A stretch of 64,000 bases of DNA, from NCBI GenBank assembly GCA_963773065.1, contig CAVYZN010000009.1, forward strand, positions 96,001 through 160,000, written 5' to 3'. Below are positions 32,359-41,977 of this stretch, piece after piece; position 1 is the first letter of the stretch, and each line of letters begins with the position of its first letter. A program made the translations under genes and the position numbers. This stretch comes from an uncultured Gammaproteobacteria bacterium. GTDB taxonomy: Bacteria > Pseudomonadota > Gammaproteobacteria > UBA9214. Below the pieces are notes generated by a model that was given only the letters and a program-made list of their open reading frames with translations, ran no database searches and was not told where the DNA came from.

Positions 32359-33576
32359 ATGCGTAATACTCTGTTGATACGCGTTGGCCAGGATTGGGGC
32401 GGGAGCTGTGAATGGTTGCCATTGGACGTTACCGGTCAGCCGGTCGGGCGGGTACGCCGCGGTGACCTGGCCGCTGCCGCCGGTGAAGCAAACGGCCTGC
32501 GTGTGGTTGTGCTGATCCCCAGCATCGACTGTCTGCTGACACAAGCGACCATCCCGGGGCGTAACCGGCAGAAACTGCTCCGCGCCGTACCCTACGCACT
32601 GGAAGAGCAACTGATAGAGGACGTCGAGAACCTGCATTTTTCCCTGGGTACCGCGCTGCCGGGGGGAGGATACCCGGTTGCCGTCATCGCCAACCGGCGC
32701 ATGGATGCCATCCTGGATGCCTGCCGGAGCGCCGGTCTGGATGTGAATCAACTCATTCCCGACCTGTTGGCGGTGCCGTGCGCCGGCGACGCGATCTGCG
32801 TGGTGATCGACGGGGATGTGGCTCTGGTGCGCACCGGAGCGTATTCGGGCTTCGCGGTGGATACGGAAAACCTCGGACTGATACTCACCGGCCTGCCGCA
32901 ACCGGAGGATGCGCCGGGGCGACCCGTGTCTGTGCAGGTGCCCACCGGCCATGTGCTGCCGGATCTCGGCGGGGTTGCGGCGGAGGCGGACATCAAGCAC
33001 TACGAAGGCTCCGTGCTCACGCTGCTGGCGCAGGGGTTGAGCGGTCCCCTGATCGACCTGCTGCAGGGCGTCTACAGCCGCACCCAGGAGTGGGGCAAGA
33101 TCTGGCGGCTGTGGCGCGCGAGCGCCGCGTTACTGCTGGCGGGGATACTGCTCAGCAACATCGTCACGGGCGTCGACTATTTCCGGCTCAGCCGTGTACA
33201 GGATGAGCTGAATACCCGCATGGAGAGCGTCTTGATGGAGGCCTTTCCCGGGACCAAGCGGGTTGTCGATCCCCGTGTCCAGATGCAGCAGCAACTCGAA
33301 CAGTTGCAGCGCCGGGCGGGCGCCGGCGCCCGGTTCCTGTCCCTGCTGGCGCGCTCCGGCGATGTGCTGCGCGCGGCGAAGGATATCGAGATTTCCGGGG
33401 CCAGTTACCGTGCCGGCCGGCTTGACGTGGATCTGACCGCCGCCAATCTGCAGGTTCTGGATGAATTGAAACAGTCCTTGTCCGCGCGCGGTCTCACGGT
33501 CGAGATCCAGTCCGCCGCGGCGGATGCCGGGCAGCGCGTGAAAAGCCGTATGCGGATTGAGGGGAATGAAGCATGA
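32359..33576 (+). CDS. gspL: T2SS protein L
   Basis: AVPYALEEQLIEDVENLHF, PDLLAVP, DLLQG, single TM helix; operon position. Confidence 0.92.
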   Translation: MRNTLLIRVGQDWGGSCEWLPLDVTGQPVGRVRRGDLAAAAGEANGLRVVVLIPSIDCLLTQATIPGRNRQKLLRAVPYALEEQLIEDVENLHFSLGTALPGGGYPVAVIANRRMDAILDACRSAGLDVNQLIPDLLAVPCAGDAICVVIDGDVALVRTGAYSGFAVDTENLGLILTGLPQPEDAPGRPVSVQVPTGHVLPDLGGVAAEADIKHYEGSVLTLLAQGLSGPLIDLLQGVYSRTQEWGKIWRLWRASAALLLAGILLSNIVTGVDYFRLSRVQDELNTRMESVLMEAFPGTKRVVDPRVQMQQQLEQLQRRAGAGARFLSLLARSGDVLRAAKDIEISGASYRAGRLDVDLTAANLQVLDELKQSLSARGLTVEIQSAAADAGQRVKSRMRIEGNEA

Positions 33577-34064
33577 AGGGATGGCTGGCTGGTCTCGATG
33601 CGCAGCAACGCCTGCTGGTCTATGGTGTCGCCGCTTTGCTTGCCGTGCTACTGCTGTATGCCGTGCTGGTGCATCCGTTTCATGTCAGGTATGACGAGCT
33701 CAGGGATGGCGTGGAAGAACGGCGCGCAACCCTGCAGTGGATGCAGGAAAGCGCTCTCAAGGTCAAGCAACTGAAAGGGGCGAATCCTGCCGCCGGCAAG
33801 GGCATGGAAGGACGTTCACTGCTTTCGGTTACCGATGATTCGGCGCGCTCGGCCGGTCTGGGAGCCGCGCTGAAACGGGTGGAGCCGGATGGCAGCACCG
33901 GCGTGCGCGTCTGGCTGGAGGATGCGTCATTTGATTCCGTTGCCGGCTGGCTGAGTGTGATGGATACACATTACGGTGTCGATGTGGACAGCGCCACCCT
34001 GGAACGCGCCGCTACGACAGGGCGGATTAACGCGCGACTGAGTCTGCAGGCCTCAAAGCCTTGA
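33573..34064 (+). CDS. gspM: T2SS protein M
   Basis: N-terminal TM, LQWMQ, VRVWLEDASFD; operon position. Confidence 0.9.
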   Translation: MKGWLAGLDAQQRLLVYGVAALLAVLLLYAVLVHPFHVRYDELRDGVEERRATLQWMQESALKVKQLKGANPAAGKGMEGRSLLSVTDDSARSAGLGAALKRVEPDGSTGVRVWLEDASFDSVAGWLSVMDTHYGVDVDSATLERAATTGRINARLSLQASKP

Positions 34065-34807
34065 AGGCTTACTGGCGTCTTGCGGCGGCAGGGGCCATTG
34101 CCTACCTGTTGATCCTCCTCGTCACCTTCCCGGCGGAGCACGCGGGAAAATTGCTGGAGCAGAGCGTCGACGGCCTGGATCTGCAGTCCGTGAGCGGGAC
34201 GGTGTTTTCCGGGAAGGCGCAACGGTTGGTGATCAAGGGTCTGGGTCTGGGCCCCGTCAACTGGTCTCTGCGTCCTGTCACGCTGCTGCTGGGACGGCTG
34301 GAATACCATGTTACCCTCACCGACCCGGCATTCCAGGGTGAGGGTATCGCCGGCATGGGCCTGGGCGGACATGTTTATCTCGACGGGCTGAGGGCGGTGT
34401 TGCTGCCCGATCAACTGGTTAATCATTTCTCACCCCTGCCGGTACAATCGTCCGGGGGCGTGACCTTGCTGATCGAGTCGATGAAGATCGTTGACGGTTT
34501 TCCGCGGGAATTCTCGGGTAGAATGGACTGGGCCGATGCGCATATCATCGAGCCGGTGGAGTTGTCGCTGGGTCACGTCGAGGCAACGTTGCACAGCGAG
34601 GCGGATACCCTGGTCGGCCGCGTGAGCGGTTCCGGCGACACCGCGTTAACGGGCGATTTCTCGTTGACGCCGGCGGGCGATTACCGGCTTAACCTGCTGT
34701 TGACGCCGGGACCGGCGGTCTCACCGGATATCGTCGATGGACTGAAGACCTACGGACAAGCCCGGCCGGGCGGGGCCTACCTGATTACCGATTCCGGCCG
34801 GTTCTGA
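34061..34807 (+). CDS. gspN: T2SS protein N
   Basis: LLVTFPA, SGTVFSG, WSLRPVTLLLGRL; operon position. Confidence 0.85.
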   Translation: MKAYWRLAAAGAIAYLLILLVTFPAEHAGKLLEQSVDGLDLQSVSGTVFSGKAQRLVIKGLGLGPVNWSLRPVTLLLGRLEYHVTLTDPAFQGEGIAGMGLGGHVYLDGLRAVLLPDQLVNHFSPLPVQSSGGVTLLIESMKIVDGFPREFSGRMDWADAHIIEPVELSLGHVEATLHSEADTLVGRVSGSGDTALTGDFSLTPAGDYRLNLLLTPGPAVSPDIVDGLKTYGQARPGGAYLITDSGRF

Positions 34808-35008
34808 CGCCCGGTAAAATTGCTCGGCTTCCTTGGGCGTAGTCACAGACCGGCGTCGCGAAAAGTTGCTATTATTGCGTTGGCCCGCTAACCGGGTGTT
34901 TCAATATCAACTGCTACGCGAGCGCCCGATTAGTCGCCGGGCACAAGTAAGCTCATTCCCGCGATAACTTCGTTTCGAATTTTCCGGGCGCCCGATAAAA
35001 TTTTCGCG

Positions 35009-36541
35009 ATGGAACCCCTGACCCTCACCACACCCGAACAGCATGACTATAACGATCCGACGGTGGAGCGGGATGCAGAACGACTGCGTGCCTGGTTGTC
35101 CAACCTGCCCATTATGGATGTGGTTCAGGCCCTGCGTCTGGTGCAGGGTGCGCTGGACTCACTGAATGAACAGAAACTGGAGCCTGAAAAACGTTATCAG
35201 TTGCTGGATATGTTCCGGCACACGACCGAGCGGCTGTATGTCACGGTCGATCCGCTGCGTATTCGGCAGCTCAGCCTGACCAAATCGCAACGGGAACAGG
35301 CCACCAGGGGTGTTGAACGGTTATCGCTGGCCATGGCCGGTGGCTACAAGATCATCGTCAAGGCACTTTACGAAGCCGCCGCGCAACGGCCGCCCGGTAA
35401 TCTGTTCGGACTGGCAATCAATCGCGCCATTGAACAACTGGGCTCGATATTGTTCGACGGCTATCGTTTCTACCGCGCCGCGCAGGAATCCCTGTTTGCC
35501 GAACTGCACCAGCTCTATCGACTGGCGCGGTATTTCGGTCTGCTTGCGATTTCCGCCGCCAATGAAGGCTCCGAGCGGCAGCTCGGTATTGCTGAGAGCT
35601 ACCACGCCATCATGCTGCTTACGTTGACCGACCCGTTCCGGCTGGCAGAAGGGGAGGCGGGCCTGCTCTATGATGTCCTGAAACAGCATGCCGGGCAGTG
35701 TCGCGTCATCCCGGGCAGTCACTGGTCAGTCGTCCCTGATGGCCTGTACCTGCTGGATCTTAAAAGTGATACCCCGCCTGAACGTTGTACACAACTGGGG
35801 CAGCAGGTGGCAGTTGCGCGGGAACCTTATCTGCTGGATGCGCGTGAGGCGCTGCATGCCATCCGCGAGCGCCTGGAGCTCACGCCGGTCAAGGTGCGAG
35901 GGCAAAGCCCCGAAGCCATGCTCCTGCGGCGGTTGCTGCCGGAGGAGTCGATTACGCAGCGCAGGGAATCGCGCCACCCCGACAACCGCGGCACGCACCT
36001 GGTTGCGGGGCTGGATGCCATACACACCTATTTGCTGCACGTGCCCCTGGGGGGCGTGGCGGCTGCCGAGAGTGCGATCAACAACGTGCCGGTCAAGCCA
36101 TCGCCCTGCCGTATCGTCGATAGCAGTGAACACGGCATGCGTCTGGCCTGGGATGAGGGCATCGCCGGTGATGCACGCGTGGGTGACCTGTTGGGCATCG
36201 TCGACGATGGTCAGTCTCTGCAACTGGCCATTGCCCGCTCGGTGCAGATTCACCCGATGGGGGGTATGGAAATCGGCGTCGAGATAATGCGCGGCAACTG
36301 CGGTCCGGTCTACTGCCACGCGCAAGCGGACGATGAGGCGAAGCCGATCCGCGCGCTGTTCATGCTGTCCAGCGGGGAAGATGACTTCGCGGCCACCCTG
36401 GTAATGGCCAAGGGGTACTATGAACCGGGCAGGCGCCTGCTGATCGATAGTTCCGGCAGAGAGGTGCGAGTTCGTGCCGGACACAATGTTTCCGACAGCC
36501 CGATGTTTGATCGTTTCGAGTTCGCCGCGGATGATTCGTGA
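35009..36541 (+). CDS. Conserved hypothetical protein with PilZ-like C-terminus (possibly FimW-like)
   Basis: WLSNLP, LHQLYRLA, DPFRL, RRESR and DSSEHG (RxxxR / DxSxxG PilZ-type motifs). Confidence 0.55.
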   Translation: MEPLTLTTPEQHDYNDPTVERDAERLRAWLSNLPIMDVVQALRLVQGALDSLNEQKLEPEKRYQLLDMFRHTTERLYVTVDPLRIRQLSLTKSQREQATRGVERLSLAMAGGYKIIVKALYEAAAQRPPGNLFGLAINRAIEQLGSILFDGYRFYRAAQESLFAELHQLYRLARYFGLLAISAANEGSERQLGIAESYHAIMLLTLTDPFRLAEGEAGLLYDVLKQHAGQCRVIPGSHWSVVPDGLYLLDLKSDTPPERCTQLGQQVAVAREPYLLDAREALHAIRERLELTPVKVRGQSPEAMLLRRLLPEESITQRRESRHPDNRGTHLVAGLDAIHTYLLHVPLGGVAAAESAINNVPVKPSPCRIVDSSEHGMRLAWDEGIAGDARVGDLLGIVDDGQSLQLAIARSVQIHPMGGMEIGVEIMRGNCGPVYCHAQADDEAKPIRALFMLSSGEDDFAATLVMAKGYYEPGRRLLIDSSGREVRVRAGHNVSDSPMFDRFEFAADDS

Positions 36542-36549
36542 GACGTTAA

Positions 36550-36790
36550 ACGTGAGAAGTAAGAAGTGAGAAGTAAGAAGTGAGACGGAATTCAATGGCC
36601 ACGGGTCGCTCCCGGCTTCCTCGGCAATTGCTCCTGCATTGCCCTATCTCCTCGGTAACTGCTCCATGCGTTACCCTACCTCCTACATCCCTGTAGTCGT
36701 GCATCCCTGCAGTCGTCGGCAATTGCTCCTGCATTGCCATAATTTCTCGGTCCCTGCGTTTCCTTCTCACGCTTCACATCTCACTTTTTG
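36550..36790. repeat. Composite intergenic palindromic element with 7-bp periodic flanks
   Basis: GTGAGAA/GTAAGAA tandem; GGCAATTGCTCCTGCATTGCC occurs twice; related inverted copy at 46145-46262. Confidence 0.7.
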
Positions 36791-36930
36791 AATTCCGGTA
36801 GGGTGCGCCGTGCGCACCGCTGCCTGGCCGTGTTTAAAGACAGAATAAGGTTGCCGTGTTAGGCTAATGTCCCACGTACACCGCTTGACCGGAACGCCGG
36901 CTGTTCTTGTTGACCGAAAGTGTTGACGCC

Positions 36931-37347
36931 ATGGAAAAGAAAATACCCATTGATATCAAGATCACCCCGGAGAACAAATGTGGCTTCTGCACGAATTCGA
37001 AGTGCTGCACTTATATCACCGAGCAACTGACCACGCCGCGATCGATGCATGACTTCGATCACCTGTTGTGGCAGTTGTCACATAAGGACGTGCAGGCCTA
37101 CAAGGATGAGGACGGCTGGTATCTGCTGGTGAACAATCCCTGCACGCATCTGCTGCCGGATGGGCGTTGCGGCATCTACGACGACCGCCCGCGCATCTGC
37201 CGTGAATATACCAATGATTATTGCGAATATGATGAACCGGCCGAAAACGGTTTTGCTTTGTTTTTCGACGGCTACGACTCCCTGCTCCGGTATGTCCGCA
37301 AACGCTTCAAATCCTGGGACAAGTACGCGGCGAGCCGCGATAGCTAA
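36931..37347 (+). CDS. YkgJ-family cysteine-cluster (Fe-S/zinc) protein
   Basis: CGFC..SKCC, CTHL..DGRCGIYDDRPRICREY. Confidence 0.85.
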   Translation: MEKKIPIDIKITPENKCGFCTNSKCCTYITEQLTTPRSMHDFDHLLWQLSHKDVQAYKDEDGWYLLVNNPCTHLLPDGRCGIYDDRPRICREYTNDYCEYDEPAENGFALFFDGYDSLLRYVRKRFKSWDKYAASRDS

Positions 37348-37425
37348 CCGTTTCCCGGAATAGAACCGTAGGGTGCGCCATGCGCACCGATATATTCCGA
37401 TTGATCACGGTGCGTATGGCGCACC

Positions 37426-38094
37426 CTACTGACGCGGGTTGTGCGCCGGCATGATTTCCTCGAAGCTGTCGATTGCGGGGAATTCATCGATTTCCCGGGG
37501 CGGCGACCGGCTGTCCGGACGGCGCACCGCCAGCAGGTGACGGATGCCATAAATGCGCGCCGTGCGCAGCACCGGCAGGCTGTCATCGACAAACAGGGTC
37601 GATTCCGGATCGAAGGGTTCGCACTGGCCCAGCCGTGCCCAGAAGCGCAAATCCTCTTTCGGGTAACCGAAGTCGTGCGCGCAGATGAGCGCGTCAAAGT
37701 GATCGTTAAGGCCGGTGCGCGCCATCTTCAGCGCCAGGCTCTTGGAATGCGCGTTCGTGACCAGCACGGTGCGTTTGCCGGCAGCGCGCATGGAATCGAG
37801 AAATTCGATGACGTGGCCGTGCACCGCGATCAGATGGTCGATTTCCTCCTTGAGACCGGCGATGTCCAGGCCGAGCTCGCGGCTCCAGTATTCCACGCAG
37901 TACCATTCCATGGTGCCCTCCTTGTCGCGGAATTTGGCATACAGATGCGACTTCGCCGTTTCCAGATCAAGCCGGTTGGACTCGGCATAGCGCGCGGGCA
38001 CGAGTTCGCGCCAGAAGTGATTGTCGAAATGCAAATCGAGCAGGGTCCCGTCCATATCGAGAAACACCCTGTCGATTTCGTGCCATGGGACCAT
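37426..38094 (-). CDS. yrfG: GMP/IMP nucleotidase (HAD family)
   Basis: LDMDGTLLDLHFDNHFW, LVTNAH, GYPKED, LFVDDS. Confidence 0.9.
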   Translation of the reverse strand: MVPWHEIDRVFLDMDGTLLDLHFDNHFWRELVPARYAESNRLDLETAKSHLYAKFRDKEGTMEWYCVEYWSRELGLDIAGLKEEIDHLIAVHGHVIEFLDSMRAAGKRTVLVTNAHSKSLALKMARTGLNDHFDALICAHDFGYPKEDLRFWARLGQCEPFDPESTLFVDDSLPVLRTARIYGIRHLLAVRRPDSRSPPREIDEFPAIDSFEEIMPAHNPRQ

Positions 38095-38233
38095 AATCTG
38101 AGTAACATGGGTTGCCGGTGAGGCTATGTTAGCAGATATGTAGCTGACGGAATGTCGTGGGCGGCGGCACTGTTACCGCGACAGCGTGACGGTTATTATT
38201 CCCCGCATGTCAGGATCGAGATAAGGAAAGAGT

Positions 38234-39046
38234 ATGAATGCAAGCGAACACAGCGCCGCCCCGTCTTCACTGCTCGAACCCGTGGCCGGACTGGCGCGCG
38301 CGGCGGGTGAGAAGATACTCGCGATCTACGACAGTGATTTCGCCATCGAGGAAAAGGAAGACCGCTCGCCGCTCACCGAGGCGGACCTGGCCTCGCACCA
38401 TGCCATCGTCGCCGGCCTGAAGGAGCTGACACCCGGGGTACCGATACTGTCGGAAGAGTCATCCAGCCTGCCCTATGCCGAGCGTTCACTCTGGCAGCGC
38501 TACTGGCTGGTCGATCCGCTCGACGGCACCCGGGAGTTCATCAAGCGCAATGGGGAATTCACCGTCAATATCGCCCTGATCGAAGCGGGTGTCCCGGTGC
38601 TGGGCGTGGTGCATGTGCCGGTCAGCGGCGTGAGCTACCTCGCCTGCCGCGGCCGAGGCGCGTTAAAGCAGGAACCGGGGCGCAAACCCCGGCCCATCAA
38701 GGTGCGCAAGCTGGCGGATGGTCCGGTCATGGTCGTCGGCAGCCGATCACACCGCGGCGATTCACTCAATCGCTTTCTTGAGAATCTGGGTGAGCATGAA
38801 ATGGTCGGCATGGGCAGTTCCCTGAAACTGTGCCTGGTCGCGGAAGGGGCCGCCGACATCTACCCGCGCCTGGGACCGACCTCCGAGTGGGATACCGCCG
38901 CGGCGCAATGCGTGGTCGAACAGGCCGGCGGCCATGTCACCGACACGGACATGCAGCCGCTGCGCTACAACACCAAGGACTCCCTGTTGAATCCCTACTT
39001 CCTGGTGTTCGGAGACGACAGCCGCGACTGGTCGGTGTATCTGTAA
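38234..39046 (+). CDS. cysQ: 3'(2'),5'-bisphosphate nucleotidase
   Basis: SPLTEADL, LSEE, WLVDPLDGTREF, GSSLK, EWDTAAA. Confidence 0.95.
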   Translation: MNASEHSAAPSSLLEPVAGLARAAGEKILAIYDSDFAIEEKEDRSPLTEADLASHHAIVAGLKELTPGVPILSEESSSLPYAERSLWQRYWLVDPLDGTREFIKRNGEFTVNIALIEAGVPVLGVVHVPVSGVSYLACRGRGALKQEPGRKPRPIKVRKLADGPVMVVGSRSHRGDSLNRFLENLGEHEMVGMGSSLKLCLVAEGAADIYPRLGPTSEWDTAAAQCVVEQAGGHVTDTDMQPLRYNTKDSLLNPYFLVFGDDSRDWSVYL

Positions 39047-39082
39047 GTGCGTGATGGATCGCAGGGTAGCTACGCCAGGCGC

Positions 39083-39466
39083 TTATCCCGGATCCTGAAT
39101 GCGCGGCTTGATCACACGGGCGAACAACCATACACCCAGCATGCCACCCACCGCATCGGCCATGACGTCATAGATATCCGGTGTCCGGCCGGGTACAAAA
39201 TGCTGGTGAAATTCGTCCAGCACGCCGTAGCCAATCACCAGGCCAACGGCAAGCCAGAGCTGGAACACACGATAGCCCTCCACCGTGGTCTTCATGGCGC
39301 CCAGCGCGAAAAAACCGAGTATGCCGAAGACGATGGCATGGAAGAGCTTGTCCTTGCCGAAAAACAACGGCGGAACATCCACTCCGGGCAGGTGTGAAAG
39401 GTAGAAAATCACGGCTGCCCAGCCCAGGGCGCAGAGCAGGAACAGGTTACGCAAGTTATTTGGCAT
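39083..39466 (-). CDS. VanZ-family membrane protein
   Basis: DKLFHAIVFG, YGVLDEFHQHFVPGR..D..AD. Confidence 0.9.
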   Translation of the reverse strand: MPNNLRNLFLLCALGWAAVIFYLSHLPGVDVPPLFFGKDKLFHAIVFGILGFFALGAMKTTVEGYRVFQLWLAVGLVIGYGVLDEFHQHFVPGRTPDIYDVMADAVGGMLGVWLFARVIKPRIQDPG

Positions 39467-39540
39467 GGCGTTATCCGGATTTATCGCACGACCATAAGCA
39501 TATCGATCCGCGGGTGCATGTTACGCCTCGTGACTGCTCA

Positions 39541-40524
39541 TCACCGTGCTTCCTTACGGTGCCAGTCCCAGGCCGTGCGGATGATGTCATCGAGGCGTTC
39601 ATAGCGCGGTTTCCAGCCCAGTTCCGCGCGAATCCGGCCGGAGTCGGCGATGAGAATGGCCGGGTCGCCGGCGCGCCGCGCCGCGGCAAGGGCCGGGATC
39701 GGATGGCCGGTAATCTCCCGCGCGGTATCGATGACCTGCCGGACGGAATAGCCGGTGCTGTTGCCCAGATTGTAGGTCGTATTGCCTCCGTCCTCGAGCA
39801 GGGCTTCCAGCGCCAGCAGGTGCGCCTGAGTGAGGTCGGAGACATGAATATAGTCGCGCAGGCAGGTGCCGTCCGGGGTGGGATAATCCTCGCCGAATAT
39901 GCTGATGGCATCCCGCTCGCCCGTGGCCACCTGGAGCACCAGCGGAATCAGGTGGGTCTCGGGCCGGTGGCGTTCCCCGATGGCCCCGGCGGCATCCGCG
40001 CCCGCGGCATTGAAGTAACGCAGGATGCTGAAGCTCATGCCGGCGGCCGCGCCGACGTCGCTCAGCAGGCGTTCCACCGCGAGCTTGGTCGCGCCATACG
40101 GATTGGTCGGCGCGCAGGGATGCGCCTCGGTAATGGGAGTCCGCCGCGGTTCGCCATACACGGCGGCGGTGGAGGAAAAGATGAAGCGTCTGATGCCGTG
40201 CCGCTGCATCGTCTCGAGCAGGGTGATGGTGTCGGCGACGTTGTTGCGATAATACGCCAGCGGCTTCTCGACCGATTCCCCGACCAGAGACCAGGCGGCG
40301 AAATGCATGACCGCCGCGACCGGATACCGGAGGAAGACCGCGTCAAGATCGGCAGGATTTCCTAGATCACCTTGCACGAAGTCCCCGCCGGGCACCAGCT
40401 CGCGATGGCCGCGGGAAAGGTTGTCCAGTGTGATGACGGGATAACCGGCCCGCAGCAGGTCGAGCACCATGTGCGAACCGATATAACCGGCGCCGCCGAT
40501 GACCAGTATGGCGGGTTTGCTCAT
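39541..40524 (-). CDS. galE: UDP-glucose 4-epimerase
   Basis: GGAGYIGSH, HFAA, SSTAAVYG, YGATK, LRYFNAAGA, DGTCLRDYIHV. Confidence 0.95.
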   Translation of the reverse strand: MSKPAILVIGGAGYIGSHMVLDLLRAGYPVITLDNLSRGHRELVPGGDFVQGDLGNPADLDAVFLRYPVAAVMHFAAWSLVGESVEKPLAYYRNNVADTITLLETMQRHGIRRFIFSSTAAVYGEPRRTPITEAHPCAPTNPYGATKLAVERLLSDVGAAAGMSFSILRYFNAAGADAAGAIGERHRPETHLIPLVLQVATGERDAISIFGEDYPTPDGTCLRDYIHVSDLTQAHLLALEALLEDGGNTTYNLGNSTGYSVRQVIDTAREITGHPIPALAAARRAGDPAILIADSGRIRAELGWKPRYERLDDIIRTAWDWHRKEAR

Positions 40525-40688
40525 GTCGGTCGTTCCTCAACCCGGCTGTGGTAGGGTGCGCCATGCGCACCACGTGCCGCGCACAGGGGTTTTCACGGTG
40601 CGCACGGCGCATGCCACGAAAAAGCCAAACACCTGGACGGTTCCGCAGCGACCATGGTGCGCACGGCGCACCCTACTGGATAAAGCCG

Positions 40689-41957
40689 TCATGTGGGATC
40701 ACGAATCAATAACGCGGAAATCTGCTCCACCAGCAGGCGGCCGAATTCCGGATTACCCCGTCGCAGACTGAGCTTGGTAGCCATGGAGTCGTTTAACAGC
40801 ACCGGTTTGGGCCAGTGATCGAGCAGTTTGCCCAGCGTTGCGGGTAACGGTGTCGCATCCTCGCACCGGTCGATAAGAAGCACATCGTGTTCGGTCAATT
40901 CAAGGCCGCCGAGGAATTGTTCGTTCAATGGGCCGGCGCTGACGACATCGATCCCGTAACTCTCCAGCAGTCTGTTCAGGTACCCGAGCAGTTCCGGCTG
41001 GCCGGCAGCCAGCGCTAGGCGAGCCCTTTTTTTTTAGTGACATCATGGTCCGGTGGTAGGGCGGGTTGCGGATGGGTCTGTGGCGCCGGTTCCGCCCGTG
41101 TGCTGGCGCCGGGCGCCGCGGCGGGCCCGGCGGGATGAAAGGTTGGAAAGATCCCCCCCTGCTGTTTTTCACGGGCCACGTCGGTTACCAGGGCGCTGTC
41201 GATCCGCTCGCACTGCTCGGCATAGCCATAGACCAGCGCCGTATCGCAGAGGAGGTTGATGAGCCGGGGCACGCCATTGCTATAGCGATACACGGCCCGG
41301 CAGGCGGCCTCATCGAACAGGGAGGGGTTGCCGCCCGCGACATCCAGACGGTGACGGATGTAGTCAACGGTTTCCTCCTCCGACAGCGCTTCGAGATGAT
41401 AGTCCACCGCGATACGCTGGGCGAACTGGACCAGATCGGGGCGGCGCAGCGTGTCCCGCAGTTCACGCTGGCCCACCAGGATGACCTGCAGGGCCTGGTC
41501 CTTGTCGGCGTTGACGTTGGAGAGCATGCGCAGTTCTTCCAGCGTGTCGGCGGCCATGTTCTGGGCCTCGTCCACGATCAGCACCACGCGCCGGTTGTGA
41601 GCGTATTCATCGATGATGAAATCGATGAAGCGCCGGTACATCTCGACCTTGCCCAGATTGGCGTGTTCGAGGTTGTAGGCCAGCAGAATCCACTGCAGCA
41701 GTTCGCCAAAGGAACGGTGGGTATTGGTAGATGAGACCCACGGTGTGTTCCCGGTCCATGTGGCCGAGCAGGTGGCGGATCAGCGTGGTCTTGCCGGTGC
41801 CGATATCCCCGCTGATGACCGTAAAGCCGGCCTGGTTTATCAGTCCGTACTCAAGCAGGGTGAGCGCCATGCGGTGCTTGTTGCTCAGAAAGAGAAAACC
41901 CGGATCCGGCAGCAGCGTGAAAGGCTTTTCCCTCAGCTTGTAGAACGACTCGTACAT
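40689..41957 (-). CDS. ExeA-family AAA ATPase with probable C-terminal receiver-like domain; frameshifts near 41730 and 41030
   Basis: PFTLLPDP, GDIGTGKT, DEAQN, LVGQ, GVPRLINLLCD; one extra A in the A9 tract at 41027-41035 joins ORF 40689-40928. Confidence 0.85.
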
Positions 41958-41977
41958 GGCGTTGGTAATTGTCTCGC

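Larger units (their letters stand above)
36798..40676. repeat. GTAG-type REP family GTAGGGTGCGCC(A/G)TGCGCACC at 36798-36818, 37368-37388, 37409-37429 (inverted), 40551-40571, 40597-40617 (degenerate, inverted) and 40656-40676 (inverted)
   Basis: Directly visible; GTAG foot plus palindrome, in inverted pairs at gene boundaries. Confidence 0.85.

Noticed and set aside
36620-36740. Repeated GGCAATTGCTCCTGCATTGCC as a mini-CRISPR
   Set aside because: Only two exact copies, and the intervening DNA is itself made of related hairpins rather than unique spacers
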